A stretch of 64,000 nucleotides of DNA from Chloroflexota bacterium (GCA_037444365.1 JBBIMO010000002.1:7871-71870), one strand, 5' to 3'; shown: positions 28,771 through 39,547, numbered from the stretch's first letter. Numbers and translations are program-made. Notes: generated by a model from the letters alone, not told the origin.

Positions 28771-30015
28771 TTACCTTTTCTCCAGAACCTTGTTCACCGC
28801 CCACGATATCTTGGTTGAGTTCAACAGGTTCTCGATAAGGCTTAACTGCCTCCACATGTCGAACCACTCGTTAGAACGCCTCTCTATCAGCTGCTGCTTC
28901 ATTTCGTCGCCAACCTCACGCTCGCCTCTTTCCACAACCATAACCATCCAGTAGCCGCCCATGGTTGTGACCGATGTGTCCCTTTCCGGCTGACTGACCG
29001 TGTTCAGAGTGAGGTTAAAGGCGACCCGGTCGAAAGCCGTGCTGTTCATAGCGCCACGTCTCAAGCCAACAAGCTGACCGCCTTTGGCCTTACTCTCATG
29101 CTGTGAATAGTTTCCGGCCAGAGCGCTGAAGTTCCCACCGGCTAGCAATTGCGCTCGAATCTGATCTGCCTCGGCCTTGCTGCCCAGCAGCATGACCAGC
29201 GCATCTATCTTGTCATCCTGCTTGGCGGTGACGTTCATGAGCCAGTAGCCGATACTCTTGATTGCTGTTTCATCATAGATAGGCTGGCTTATGTTGCCGG
29301 GGGTAAGGTTGAAAGCAGCCTCGGCAACTAGCATATTCGGCATTAGCTCGGCAGGAAGCCATCCCAGGTCACCTTCGGTCGAAGGGTTGCAAGAGAAGTT
29401 TCTGACCAGAGCGGTGAAGTTGCCACCCGCTCTGACTCTGGCTATCACATCATTACCCACGTTCTGGCTTTCGACCAGCATTACCTGTATGCGGGCCTGT
29501 GGCATGGTAGCATTCACCCCGGGGCCGAAATATTGCTCACTCAACTTCTGTCCCAGCAGCATCGCCCTTACAATGTCCCTTAATGCCGGATCATAACCCA
29601 ATAGCTTCACCTTGGCGTCCAGTTCAGCGTCAGAAACTGAAATATTCAGGCTCTCTGCTCCTTGCCTCATCACTTCAGCCTCGATAATCTTGCTGGCGAC
29701 CATGCCGGCGAAATAATTGCCGTAGGCACGGAGAAATGTGGAGTTAACCTCTCCGGTGAAGGCATCGAGCGCCTTCACGAAGTATTCCATCGTGAAGTTG
29801 GCCCTGTTCACCCAGAGGACAATTTCGCGCAATGCTGTGTTCTTGGCTTCGTAGTCCTTGTGGTATCCGTAGCCTACCCAGCTCGAAATGCCGACCAGGA
29901 ACACAACGGCAGCGACTATCACTATTCGGCGTATCCTCATCTGGCGCTGCCACTTGGAGAGCTGGTGCTTGGTGGGGGTTCGCTCAGGTGTAGCTTTCTT
30001 CTGTTTCTTAGCCAA
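28771..30015 (-). CDS. Membrane-anchored parvulin-type peptidyl-prolyl isomerase (PrsA/SurA-like).
   Basis: It has an N-terminal TM helix and two segments with PpiC-like motifs (VRAGGNFTALV...GDLGWL and LLAGGNFSALAGNYS). Confidence 0.6.
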   Translation of the reverse strand: MAKKQKKATPERTPTKHQLSKWQRQMRIRRIVIVAAVVFLVGISSWVGYGYHKDYEAKNTALREIVLWVNRANFTMEYFVKALDAFTGEVNSTFLRAYGNYFAGMVASKIIEAEVMRQGAESLNISVSDAELDAKVKLLGYDPALRDIVRAMLLGQKLSEQYFGPGVNATMPQARIQVMLVESQNVGNDVIARVRAGGNFTALVRNFSCNPSTEGDLGWLPAELMPNMLVAEAAFNLTPGNISQPIYDETAIKSIGYWLMNVTAKQDDKIDALVMLLGSKAEADQIRAQLLAGGNFSALAGNYSQHESKAKGGQLVGLRRGAMNSTAFDRVAFNLTLNTVSQPERDTSVTTMGGYWMVMVVERGEREVGDEMKQQLIERRSNEWFDMWRQLSLIENLLNSTKISWAVNKVLEKR

Positions 30016-30092
30016 GAGTCAAAACCTGCCTCTCTATTAAGATTTTCCTTGCGGCGGGCACTATGATAACATATTGATAAAAGTTGTGGCGA

Positions 30093-30166
30093 CGGGGTGT
30101 AGCGCAGCCTGGTAGCGCACCTGAATGGGGTTCAGGTGGTCGGTGGTTCAAATCCACTCACCCCGA
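30093..30166 (+). tRNA. tRNA-Pro (anticodon GGG).
   Basis: I folded it by hand. The acceptor is CGGGGTG/CACCCCG, the D-arm is GCGC/GCGC, the anticodon stem is CCTGA/TCAGG with loop ATGGGGT, and the T-arm is GGTGG-TTCAAAT-CCACT. There is no encoded CCA. Confidence 0.85.
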
Positions 30167-30496
30167 TTTTGTTTCCTGGGCGTTGCCGGGCGGATCGGAA
30201 TGGGGTCAACTGTGTTCTTCTCCGCGTCCCGTCGCGCCCGCATCACGGAAGGCAAGCAGAACATCCCCGGCTGGTGAAGCGCAGGGAGAAAAAGAGAGGC
30301 GACCCCATTTTCACCTACACTTAGTCCTGCCCTCTGGATCACCGGGTGTTGGACGGGGCGTATACGGGCAGGTGGCGATCGATTAGCATTTTCCGGTATC
30401 GGTTTCTCTCAACACTGATCCTGTATTTCAGCCCAATGGTCCTTCATGTGGTTTGACGAATACTGATACAATCTGATATCGCTGTAGGGAGATCAG

Positions 30497-32482
30497 ATGC
30501 TTACTGTCACCGGCGTTTCGAAGTCATATGGCGACCATGAGCTGTTCAGCGGAGTCAGCTTCACCGCTGGCATGGCGGACCGCATCGCTGTGATTGGACG
30601 AAATGGCACGGGCAAGACCACCCTTTTCGAGATCATAGCGGGCAACATCGTCCCGGATTCCGGAAGCGTGTCTCTGCGACGGGACACCGCTATCGGTTAT
30701 CTCCGCCAGGATGTCCAACCATCATCGCAGCAGAGCCTGCAGGAATATGTCTCTGCTTCGTCCGATGTTGTCAGGAACCTCGCACATAAGATTGGGCTGG
30801 TACAAGAAGACCTGGCAGAGGAAAGGGACGAGGAAACCGTGAATAGCCTGCTGAGAAAGCTGGGCGAGTTGCAGTCTCTGTATGAAGCGAAGGGGGGCTA
30901 TAGCTCCGAACACGAGGCAAAGATTGTCCTCTCCGGACTGGGGTTCACCCCATCAGATTTCGGGCGTCCGCTGTGCGAATTCAGCGGCGGCTGGCGAACA
31001 CGTGTTGAACTGGCCAGGCTCCTTTTCCTCAATCCAGATATCCTGCTGCTTGATGAACCTACAAACTATCTCGACCTGGAGACGCAGCGCTGGTTTGAAA
31101 CCTATCTGAAACGCTACCACGGTGCCATCCTGGTCACGTCGCACGACCGAGCCTTTCTGAACAATGTCGCAGGCAAAATCATAGCCATCGAGGATGACGG
31201 CGTCATCTTCTATCACGGCGATTATGATAGCTACATCCGTGCCCGCGAGAAGGACATCGAGACTCGCCGGGCAGCAGCCCGGCGGCAGGAGCTGGAGATC
31301 AGACGGCAGATGCGCTTCATTGAGCGCTTCCGGGCCAAGAACACCAAGGCTTCTCAGGTGCAGAGCCGGGTCAAGCAACTGGACAAGATTGAGCGGATCA
31401 TAGTTCCCCGGGCAACAAAGAGGATACATTTCAACTTCAGAGAGCCACCCCGGAGCGGTCGCGTCGTAGTTGAGCTCAAGCACATTGCCAAATCCTATGG
31501 TCAACATGTCGTATACCAGGATCTTAACCTGACGCTGGAGCGGCGAGATCGCGCCGCCATAGTGGGGATGAATGGGGCTGGCAAGACAACCCTTCTGCGC
31601 ATACTGGCTGGTGTTCTGCCTTTTGAAAGAGGCGAGCGTGTGCTCGGGCATAACGTGACCACCGCATACTTCGCCCAGTATTACATAGAGTCTCTCAACC
31701 CCTGCAACAGCATCATCGAGGAATTGCGGGGTGCAGCACCGGACGAGCCAGAACAACGCTTGCGCGGTCTGGCCGGGGCGTTCCTCTTCAGTGGCGACGA
31801 CGTGACCAAGAGGATATCGGCGCTCTCGGGCGGGGAAAGGACCCGAGTTGCCATTGCCAGGATGCTGGTAAAGCCGGCCAATTTCCTTCTTCTGGATGAA
31901 CCTACCAATCATCTGGACATTCCATCCCGCGAAATTCTGACCGATGCCCTGGATGCTTATGAAGGGACTCTGTGTTTCATCACTCACGACCGTACCCTCA
32001 TCCGCGAGCTGGCCAACAAAATCATTCAGGTGCGTGATGGCCAGGTGACGGTTTTCCCCGGTAGCTACGATGATTATCTGTGGCGGACCAGGTCACCGAA
32101 CGGTCAAGCGGAGATGACGGAAACCCGGCCTCGGATAAGCCAGCTGCATCAGCCATCAATGGCCGCGAGGAATCGTCAGCGCAAGGCACTGGAGGGCGAG
32201 CTGCGTAACGAGTACTACCGCGCCATATCGCCCGTAAGGGCACGCATCGCGGAAATAGAGCAGGAGATGCAGGCGAGCACACAGCGAATCGAGGAAATCG
32301 AAGTCATGATGTCCGACCCCTCCCATTACAAGGATTCCCGGAACGTGATTGCTGTGAATCGTGAATATGTGACGTTAAGGGAGAAGGTGGCGAGGTTGAC
32401 TGCCGAATGGGAGGGCTTGATGGGCGACGCTGAGCGAATAGACCTGGACTACCGCAGGAGACGAGAGGAACTGGCCGGATAG
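30497..32482 (+). CDS. ABC-F family ATPase (tandem ABC domains, no TM domain). Probably a translation factor of the EttA/Uup type.
   Basis: It has two Walker A motifs (GRNGTGKTT and GMNGAGKTT), two signature motifs, a linker and a C-terminal coiled coil. Confidence 0.85.
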   Translation: MLTVTGVSKSYGDHELFSGVSFTAGMADRIAVIGRNGTGKTTLFEIIAGNIVPDSGSVSLRRDTAIGYLRQDVQPSSQQSLQEYVSASSDVVRNLAHKIGLVQEDLAEERDEETVNSLLRKLGELQSLYEAKGGYSSEHEAKIVLSGLGFTPSDFGRPLCEFSGGWRTRVELARLLFLNPDILLLDEPTNYLDLETQRWFETYLKRYHGAILVTSHDRAFLNNVAGKIIAIEDDGVIFYHGDYDSYIRAREKDIETRRAAARRQELEIRRQMRFIERFRAKNTKASQVQSRVKQLDKIERIIVPRATKRIHFNFREPPRSGRVVVELKHIAKSYGQHVVYQDLNLTLERRDRAAIVGMNGAGKTTLLRILAGVLPFERGERVLGHNVTTAYFAQYYIESLNPCNSIIEELRGAAPDEPEQRLRGLAGAFLFSGDDVTKRISALSGGERTRVAIARMLVKPANFLLLDEPTNHLDIPSREILTDALDAYEGTLCFITHDRTLIRELANKIIQVRDGQVTVFPGSYDDYLWRTRSPNGQAEMTETRPRISQLHQPSMAARNRQRKALEGELRNEYYRAISPVRARIAEIEQEMQASTQRIEEIEVMMSDPSHYKDSRNVIAVNREYVTLREKVARLTAEWEGLMGDAERIDLDYRRRREELAG

Positions 32483-32773
32483 CGGCTGGGCGGGAGGAAT
32501 GAAAAGCCCTGCAAATCAATCGGCTACCGCAAGCTTGAGCACCTTCCGAAGTGTTATCCCGGGAGGCAGAGACAGAGTGATGCAACAATCCTACACATGG
32601 TGACCCCTGAGCTTTGAGGGACGTCTGAGACGCGGCACCGGTGTGCTGCCTGTCTTTCTCCAGTGGAGTAGATTGAAAGGGAGTCTGGCGGAATCCGCAG
32701 CCCTGTGTTGCCTATGTGGTCAGTCAGGGGATGGGCTCAGTGGGGGAGCAATTCGCAGATCTTTTGCCTGTCT

Positions 32774-34027
32774 CTATTCTATGATTACTCCGCTCTTGAC
32801 CACTTTCGCAACCAGGTTGCCGCCGAACCAGTAGGGCAGCTGTTGATGATTCGGGATGTCGAGAATGATGACGTCGGCCTTCTTCCCGACCTCGATGCTG
32901 CCCACCTTGTCACCTCTGTCCAGCGCATAAGCAGCATTGATGGTAGCAGCATTGATGGCTTCGGCAGGCGTCATCTTCAGGTGGCGACAGGCCAGAGCGA
33001 TTATCATCTGCATCGAAAGCGTGGGACAGCTTCCGGGGTTGAAGTCGGTAGCCAGAGCGATGGGAACTCCGGCTTCAATGAGCTTTCTGGCCGGCGCATA
33101 CCTGTCGGTCATCAGGTGAAAAGAAACACCGGGCAGGAGAACTCCAATGGTCTTCTTCTCGGCCATGAGCGCCATGCCTCTTTCGGAAATGTAGTCCAGG
33201 TGATCGATTGAGGTAGCTCCCAGTTCTGCGCCCAGCTCCGCACCACCTATGTCATTGAATTCCCCGGCGTGCAGCTTCAGCTTCAAGCCCTGTTTCTTTG
33301 CCCGCTCCAGGATTGTCCTGGCCTCTGACGGCGAAAACGCTCCCACTTCCACAAAAACGTCGCAGTACTCCGCCAAGCCTTCAGTCTTAACCCGTTCCAG
33401 CATGCCCAGCACGAGCTGAATGTAGTCCGCCTTCCTTTCCCTGTATTCTTTGGGAAAGGCGTGAGCGCCCAGAAAGGTGGAGACAATGTCCACCGGCTGG
33501 GATTTCTTCAGCCTGGCGATAATCCTGAGCAGGGCGAGTTCTGACTCCATTGACAGACCATAACCCGTCTTTATCTCTGCGGTGGTCGTGCCGAAGGCGA
33601 GCATCTTGTCGAGGAAAGCCTCAGCGCGCTTCAGCAGCGCCTGGGGAGCAGCCAGAGCCTCTCTTGTTCTTCTGACGGTGCTGAAAATGCCTCCGTTTCC
33701 CTGCATAATGTCCAGATACGACCTGCCCGCTGTCTTCTGGATGAACTCGTCTTCTCTGGAACCGCCAAAAACCACATGTGTATGGCAGTCCACAAACCCC
33801 GGCAGGACGATTCTGTCTGTGGCATCAATTACCGTTGCTGCCCGCCTGACAGTGGCCAGGACTTCATCCGTCTCCCCGACGGCGATAATTTCCTTGCCGT
33901 CTATAGCCAGCGCTCCGTTCGTGATGATGCCCAGGTCCTGCATGCCTGCCTTCGTCTTTGGGCCGCCCCGGGCATCTCGAGCCGTGACCAGTTCAGCAGC
34001 GTTTTTGATCAAGAGGTCAGCTATCAC
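32774..34027 (-). CDS. hutI: Imidazolonepropionase.
   Basis: It has the amidohydrolase motifs PGFVDCHTH...HAGE and the HutI N-terminus. It overlaps hutU by 4 bp. Confidence 0.9.
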   Translation of the reverse strand: MIADLLIKNAAELVTARDARGGPKTKAGMQDLGIITNGALAIDGKEIIAVGETDEVLATVRRAATVIDATDRIVLPGFVDCHTHVVFGGSREDEFIQKTAGRSYLDIMQGNGGIFSTVRRTREALAAPQALLKRAEAFLDKMLAFGTTTAEIKTGYGLSMESELALLRIIARLKKSQPVDIVSTFLGAHAFPKEYRERKADYIQLVLGMLERVKTEGLAEYCDVFVEVGAFSPSEARTILERAKKQGLKLKLHAGEFNDIGGAELGAELGATSIDHLDYISERGMALMAEKKTIGVLLPGVSFHLMTDRYAPARKLIEAGVPIALATDFNPGSCPTLSMQMIIALACRHLKMTPAEAINAATINAAYALDRGDKVGSIEVGKKADVIILDIPNHQQLPYWFGGNLVAKVVKSGVIIE

Positions 34028-35715
34028 TTTGGGATGTTAACCCCCTTGTGTTTGGCTGTCCTGAGGGCTATTTCATAGCCGGCATCCGCGTATCTGGCAA
34101 CGCCGATTCCGGGATCTACTGTCAGCACCCTTTCCAGTCTTTTTTCTTTCTCTTTTGTGCCGTCAGCCACAATGACCATTCCGGCATGCAGGGCATAACC
34201 TATGCCCACTCCGCCTCCATCATGGAAGGAGACCCAGGAAGCTCCATTGATGGCATTCAAAGCGAAGTTGAGGAGCGGCCAGTCGGCAATGGCATCAGAG
34301 CCGTCCATTATGCCCTCGGTTTCGCGATTAGGAGAAGCCACTGAGCCCGTATCCAGATGGTCTCTGCCGATAACAACGGGGGCGCTGACTTTCCCCCGCG
34401 CCACCAGGCGATTTATCCTCTTCCCAAACTCGGCCCGGTCGCCATACCCCAGCCAGCAGATCCTGGCTGGCAGTCCAGTGAACGGAACCTTGTCTTGAGC
34501 CTGGCGAATCCACTTGTGAAGACGCCTATCTTCGGGAAAGGCTGTCAGGACAGCTTCATCCAGAGTCAGGATATCTTTGGGGTCGCCGGATAAGGCTACC
34601 CATCGTGAGGGCCCCTTGCCTTCGCAAAACAAAGGTCTGATGTAAGCCAGCAGGAACCCGGGGTAGAGAAAGTTTCCCTCTGCATCTCTTACTTTGAGCC
34701 CGCCGACCTCTGCCTGCTGCCGCAGATTGTTGCCGTAGTCAAAGCAGATTGCGCCCCGCCTTTGCATCGCCAGAATTGCCTCCACGTGCTTAACGATTGA
34801 TTCATAGGCTCTGCGCTTGTAGGCTGCGGGGCTAGTGCGGCGCAATTCTTCCATTGCGCTCAGTTCGCCTACGGGCACGTAGCTCCAGATATCATGGGCC
34901 GGTGTTTGGTCCGTAACGATGTCAGGGGTCACTCCCATTCTGACGAGCTGCGGATGAATCTCGGCAGCATTGCCCACCAGCCCCACGGAAAGCGGCAGTC
35001 TCTTTCGCTTCGATTCCTCGATCCAAGCCAGGGCTTCCTTAAGGTCGGCCGTCATCCGGTCGCAGTATCCTTCTGCAATCTTCCTTCTGATCCTTTCAGG
35101 TCTGACCTCTACATCGAGGATGACCGCCTCATTCATGGTGGCAGCCATAGGTTGAGCACCGGACATTCCGCCCATTCCGGCGGTAAGAACAAACTTCCCC
35201 ACCAGAGAATCCTTGCCGAACTCCTTTCTGGCCAGGGCGGCCAGGGTTTCATAGGTTCCCTGCAGAATTCCCTGGGTTCCAATGTAGATCCAGGAGCCTG
35301 CGGTCATTTGACCATACATCGTCAGCCCCATTTCGTCGTAGCGATCGAAGTTCTCCTGAGTGGCCCATCTGGGAACGATGTTGGAATTGGCAATCACAAC
35401 CCGGGGTGCTTCCTTGTGAGTCGGGGCGATATAGACCGGCTTGCCCGATTGAACGCAAAGAGTCTCCTCGTCGGTGAGGCTCTTCAGAGCACTCACAATT
35501 CTATGATACTCCCGCCAATTCCGGGCGGCACGTCCCTGACCGCCATAGATAATGAGTTGTTGCCAGTCCAGGGCAACCCGGGGATCCAGATTGTTGCTCA
35601 ACATGCGCAGGGCTGCCTCTGCGTCCCAGTTCTGGCATTGCAGTCTTCCGCCGGTCTGCGCCTTGATTGCTCTCTTGGGTCTTAACTCTGCGTATATTGG
35701 CCTTGGCATTTCCAC
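34024..35715 (-). CDS. hutU: Urocanate hydratase.
   Basis: It is about 560 aa with a [10 protein letters not shown]...NAD-binding core typical of urocanase. Confidence 0.9.
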   Translation of the reverse strand: MEMPRPIYAELRPKRAIKAQTGGRLQCQNWDAEAALRMLSNNLDPRVALDWQQLIIYGGQGRAARNWREYHRIVSALKSLTDEETLCVQSGKPVYIAPTHKEAPRVVIANSNIVPRWATQENFDRYDEMGLTMYGQMTAGSWIYIGTQGILQGTYETLAALARKEFGKDSLVGKFVLTAGMGGMSGAQPMAATMNEAVILDVEVRPERIRRKIAEGYCDRMTADLKEALAWIEESKRKRLPLSVGLVGNAAEIHPQLVRMGVTPDIVTDQTPAHDIWSYVPVGELSAMEELRRTSPAAYKRRAYESIVKHVEAILAMQRRGAICFDYGNNLRQQAEVGGLKVRDAEGNFLYPGFLLAYIRPLFCEGKGPSRWVALSGDPKDILTLDEAVLTAFPEDRRLHKWIRQAQDKVPFTGLPARICWLGYGDRAEFGKRINRLVARGKVSAPVVIGRDHLDTGSVASPNRETEGIMDGSDAIADWPLLNFALNAINGASWVSFHDGGGVGIGYALHAGMVIVADGTKEKEKRLERVLTVDPGIGVARYADAGYEIALRTAKHKGVNIPK

Positions 35716-35755
35716 CTCCCTACGATGTCAGGCTGTCTTGCTTGTACAATACTCG

Positions 35756-36277
35756 TCAACGGAGACGAGCTTCAACTTCATTTACTATAGTCTCGGCCAG
35801 CGAGTCGGGGCGGGAAAATTCCTCCGCCTCTTTCAATACAGCTTGCTTGAAATCTTCATCCCTGATAGAAACCAGATTGACTTCCACGTTTAGCAGAGCT
35901 CCCTTTACGGCTGATTCAGCCATCTTGGCTGCTACGCCGATATCAGTGATGACTCTGGGATTACAGGTCTCCAGCAAAGCCGCAGCTAGCTTGAGAACGG
36001 CGTAGCTATGTCGTGCCGTTTGCAGGGGAACCTGTGTGGCCTCTCTTAAATCACGGGCGGCGAAAGCTTTGGCGTCCTTGTCAATCAGGTCTGTCAATTT
36101 ACTCATCAATGTTCGGGCCTGTCCGGAGACGTCTTTGTTTCCGGAGAACTCGGCTGCCATGCACACGAGTCCGGCCGACAATGCTCCGGAAAGGGCGGCC
36201 ACAGAGCCTCCGCCGGGCGTCGGTTTTCTGGCTGCCAACTCCTCCAGGAATTCCTCGATGGTCAATTCTTGTAGCAT
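35756..36277 (-). CDS. Formimidoyltetrahydrofolate cyclodeaminase (FTCD C-terminal domain-like protein).
   Basis: It has 'KPTPGGGSVAALSGALSAGLVCMAA', the cyclodeaminase/cyclohydrolase family signature. I chose the start at the Met with a GAGGGAG RBS. Confidence 0.75.
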   Translation of the reverse strand: MLQELTIEEFLEELAARKPTPGGGSVAALSGALSAGLVCMAAEFSGNKDVSGQARTLMSKLTDLIDKDAKAFAARDLREATQVPLQTARHSYAVLKLAAALLETCNPRVITDIGVAAKMAESAVKGALLNVEVNLVSIRDEDFKQAVLKEAEEFSRPDSLAETIVNEVEARLR

Positions 36278-36320
36278 ACCTATATCTCCCTCATTGACTA
36301 TCCTGTCAGAATTGAGCCCG

Positions 36321-37325
36321 TTACCGGGCACCAATCAGATACTCGATGATCTTAGCCCGTGGATTGAACTCCTGAGGCGAATCAAGCTTCAGATTCCTCA
36401 CTGCCGCTTCAATGAGTTTCTTCTCCGACCTTGCTGCTGGCTGGTAGAATCTGCCTGTCTGCAACATTGCCTCCTTGGGAATCAACCCCACAATCTCGCT
36501 GCGGAGAATCCTTGCACCTCCCAGCTCACCGAGCTGTTTTATCTTCTCAAAGACGAGGTGCAGGGGAGCAACCCTGTAGTCTGTAAGGTTCATTGAGACC
36601 TCAACGACCCCCGGCTCTCCAGGTGAAATACCGACTGCCTTAACTGATTTGAAAATCCCGGGTATCATGATTTTCCCGCCATCATTTGCAGTTGACAGGC
36701 AGCCCGACTCGCGAATAATCCGGGCAATCCTGTGACCAAGCTCCTTATCAGTGGTGCCCAGGTAAACGTTATAGGCGATGAGAAACTCTCTGGCGCCGAT
36801 AACGGTGGCTCCGCTCTTCTTGTTGAAACTGGCTGGACCGTAGTCCGGCTTCCAGCGGGGGTCTCTCAGTTTTGCTTCCAGGCCCTCATACTCGCCAGAC
36901 CTGATACTGGCCAGGTCTCTTCTTTCTGGAGCTCTGGCTGCCTCCCCGTACAGAAAGACAGGGATCCGCAGCTTCTCTCCGACTTCGCAGGCAAGCTCGT
37001 TTGCCAGAGCGACGCAGTCTGCCATGGTGACATTCTGCACAGGGACAAAAGGACAGACGTCACAGGCTCCCAGTCTTGGGTGCTGCCCTTGATGTCTGGC
37101 CATGTCAATGACTTCTATTGCCCTGGCAATGGCCTTGTAGCCTGCTCTCTTGATTGGCTCCGGTCCTCCCACGAAGGTCAACACTGTACGATTGTGATGA
37201 GCATCAGGGGCCACATCCAGCAGCTTGACACCGCGAACCCTCTCAACCTCAGCAGCGATCTGCGCAATCTTAGTGGTGTCTCTGCCTTCGCTGAAGTTAG
37301 GCACGCACTCAATTATCTTTCTCAT
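36321..37325 (-). CDS. Glutamate formimidoyltransferase (FTCD N-terminal domain homolog).
   Basis: It begins MRKIIECVPNFSEGRD...NRTVLTFVG, which matches the formiminotransferase domain. Its start overlaps the hutH stop. Confidence 0.8.
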   Translation of the reverse strand: MRKIIECVPNFSEGRDTTKIAQIAAEVERVRGVKLLDVAPDAHHNRTVLTFVGGPEPIKRAGYKAIARAIEVIDMARHQGQHPRLGACDVCPFVPVQNVTMADCVALANELACEVGEKLRIPVFLYGEAARAPERRDLASIRSGEYEGLEAKLRDPRWKPDYGPASFNKKSGATVIGAREFLIAYNVYLGTTDKELGHRIARIIRESGCLSTANDGGKIMIPGIFKSVKAVGISPGEPGVVEVSMNLTDYRVAPLHLVFEKIKQLGELGGARILRSEIVGLIPKEAMLQTGRFYQPAARSEKKLIEAAVRNLKLDSPQEFNPRAKIIEYLIGAR

Positions 37326-38799
37326 AACATCCCGCCTCCTCTGCCAATCTACCACTGTGGACAAGTCCGTAGAGCTCCTCGATGTCTTCAGCCAGGACTC
37401 TGCTTTTCTCAAAATGAGTAACGCGACTTCTCACGATCTCATGAATCTTCGCCAGTGTTGACTTCTTGGGTAAGTGTTCGCGGAAGTCCAGAGCCTGAGC
37501 AGCGCACAGAATCTCGATGGCTATGACGTACTCCGCGTTCTTGCAGATCTCCCGCGCTTTGCTGACAGCCCAGGCACCCATACTGACGAAGTCTTCTTGT
37601 CCGGCTGAGACGGGAATGGAGTCAACAGAAGCGGGGTGAGCCAAGGTCTTGTTTTCGGAAACCAGAGCAGCGGCGGTATATTGAGTGATCATCAAGCCAG
37701 TGTTCAATCCCTCGTTCCTGGCTAGAAACAGAGGGAGACCGTTGCCACCGCGACCGACCAACCTATCTATTCTCCTTTCCGAAATGCCCGAGATACTGCA
37801 GAGGGCAATCGACAGACTATCGGCTGCCTGAGCCAGAATCTGACCATGGAAATTGCCGCTGCCCTGGCAGATTTCGGCTTTCGCTCCTGTGGTTGAAATC
37901 CAGGGATTGCCGCCAAAGGAGTTGATCTCGGTATCTACAACAGCTCTGGCGCGTGCAAGAATGTCCCGAAAAGCGCCGTGGACCTGAGGAATGCATCTCA
38001 GGGAATAAGCATCCTGCAATGAACAAGCCGGCTTCTTGCCCCCGCTTGTCTTGGGAAGAAGTTGGTTCAAGTAGCGGGCAGTTGTGATTTGCCCCGTATG
38101 AGGTCTCAGTTCTTGAATTGCAGGCACAAATGATTTGCTGCTGCATCCCAGAGCTTCAATGGTCATGGCGGCAGCGATATCGGCTGTTCGGATCAAGTTG
38201 TCGGACTGGAAAACCAGGAAGGCCAGACAACTTGTCATGAAGCTCGTGCCGTTAAGCAGTGCGATGGCTTCCCCGATCTGCAGCTTCGCTGGCTCCAGTC
38301 CTGCGGCAGGCAAAACTCGCTGCGGATCCTTGCCAATCAAGGCCAGGGCAATGTGAGCCTGAGGGACCAGATCGCCGCTGGCACCCAGAGACCCCTTCGC
38401 CGGGACAACCGGAATGACGTTTCTGTTGAACATCTCGACCAGGAGCTCCAGCGTCGGCAATCTTATGCCGGAATATCCTTTCCTCAGATTCAGAATCATG
38501 TGAAGCATGATGCCTTTGACTATCTCCGTCTCCAGTGGGGGGCCTATCCCACAGGCGTGGCTCATGATGAGATTATCCTGGAATTCCTCCGTTCTGCCCT
38601 TGGGAATGCGCCTGTTCAGGAGGGCACCGACGCCGGTGTTTATTGCATAGTAGGATTTGCGAGGGCTAGACCTCAGAATAGCCTCAAGAGCCATTCTGGA
38701 GCGCCTGACTCTTTCCTTGTCTCTTCTTGCTAACTCGATTGTCCTCTGGGCGCGGCACAGATCGACGAATTCGGAATAGTCCAGCTTGTCTTTTGTCAT
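37309..38799 (-). CDS. hutH: Histidine ammonia-lyase.
   Basis: It has GSLGASGDLVPQAH, the Ala-Ser-Gly MIO-forming triad. Confidence 0.9.
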   Translation of the reverse strand: MTKDKLDYSEFVDLCRAQRTIELARRDKERVRRSRMALEAILRSSPRKSYYAINTGVGALLNRRIPKGRTEEFQDNLIMSHACGIGPPLETEIVKGIMLHMILNLRKGYSGIRLPTLELLVEMFNRNVIPVVPAKGSLGASGDLVPQAHIALALIGKDPQRVLPAAGLEPAKLQIGEAIALLNGTSFMTSCLAFLVFQSDNLIRTADIAAAMTIEALGCSSKSFVPAIQELRPHTGQITTARYLNQLLPKTSGGKKPACSLQDAYSLRCIPQVHGAFRDILARARAVVDTEINSFGGNPWISTTGAKAEICQGSGNFHGQILAQAADSLSIALCSISGISERRIDRLVGRGGNGLPLFLARNEGLNTGLMITQYTAAALVSENKTLAHPASVDSIPVSAGQEDFVSMGAWAVSKAREICKNAEYVIAIEILCAAQALDFREHLPKKSTLAKIHEIVRSRVTHFEKSRVLAEDIEELYGLVHSGRLAEEAGCYEKDN

Positions 38800-39375
38800 T
38801 TATCTCCTCACCAGTAGGATTGCGGCTTCGACAGCAGGAATCGTGTGCCACCATACTGGCTCGCGCGATCTTGTTGCAATCGTATCACGGGGCTGGTTCT
38901 TCCTGGCCGCACCAATGGCGTCCCTCTCCAAAATGATAGCGCTGAACGGCACTGCAGGATTCCTGAGAATCGAGTACTGTGTTCCTATCAGCAGACTTCA
39001 CAGTGACATCTCAAGGTGGCTCCTCTACCCCGCGTTCCTCTGGAACGGCATTACGCGGAGGAGCGCACCACCATCGGTCGCCGCACCTCCAGAACATTAT
39101 AGTCTCTGGCATCTTGGGTTTCAACACGATTCCGTAGCTCCAGATTCGCAGAAGCAGAGCCATGACAGGAACAGCATTGGATAGCCAGCCTTCCTGCGCA
39201 GTAATCCACTTGTTATCCAGGGGCACTTTTCGTCGGGGTGGCATTGCTGACTTGCTGCACCGGGCGTGTCGGTGTAGGCGGCAGCTGACTTGTTTGGCTT
39301 CTATCCAGCGGGGTCTTCCCGAAGAGGGAGACGAACGGTTCTCGCCTTTTGTCTAGCTTGCCCTGGAATCATGAG

Positions 39376-39403
39376 ACTGGTGGTTCAAATCCTCTCTGGC
39401 TTT
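39376..39403 (+). other. Degenerate tRNA-like T-arm fragment within a 750-bp non-coding gap.
   Basis: GGTGGTTCAAATCC is identical to the T-arm of the two tRNA-Pro genes in this window. The 3' half of the stem is mutated (CCTCT) and I could find no matching acceptor or D/anticodon arms. Confidence 0.35.
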
Positions 39404-39547
39404 TTCCCGATACAAGACTTGCTGGCTTCAGACGGCGTGGGCTATCACCTACGACTGTAGAGTCAATTGTGTTCCTTGACTCCATTCGCGCGAGGCTAAA
39501 GCAGAACTCTCTATTTGCCTCTGAAAACCTTCGTCCTTCATGCGGCA

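Noticed and set aside
30084-30386. ORFs translating to ...GGSNPL... (also at 55475-55681 and 50712-51099).
   Set aside because: These are translations across tRNA genes. The GGTTCAAATCC T-arm gives 'GSNP' and GGGTTCGAACCC gives 'GFEPT'. They are not coding.
30093-30496. Integrated mobile element next to the tRNA-Pro, tRNA-Arg or tRNA-Ser genes.
   Set aside because: There is no integrase, recombinase, transposase or direct-repeat duplication of a tRNA 3' end adjacent to any of the five tRNAs. The flanking genes are housekeeping.
30953-31987. A 344-aa minus-strand ORF.
   Set aside because: It lies entirely antisense within the well-supported ABC-F gene. It has no RBS or domain signal.
34894-35685. 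A 263-aa plus-strand ORF.
   Set aside because: It is antisense within hutU. High-GC genes commonly carry long spurious antisense ORFs.
38786-39244. Two ORFs (132 aa plus-strand, 77 aa minus-strand) in the hutH-metF gap.
   Set aside because: There is no RBS. The sequences are not protein-like (Trp/Arg/Ser-rich with no hydrophobic periodicity). I treat the region as non-coding, possibly RNA.
38800-39403. Possibility that the gap encodes tmRNA. A GGCTTCGACAG near 38815 resembles the tmRNA 5' GGAUUCGAC, and there is a T-arm-like 3' end.
   Set aside because: There is no 5' GGGG acceptor complementary to the 3' end. The T-stem does not pair. I could not locate a plausible tag reading frame ending in an ...AA stop. 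I leave it as an unresolved fragment.
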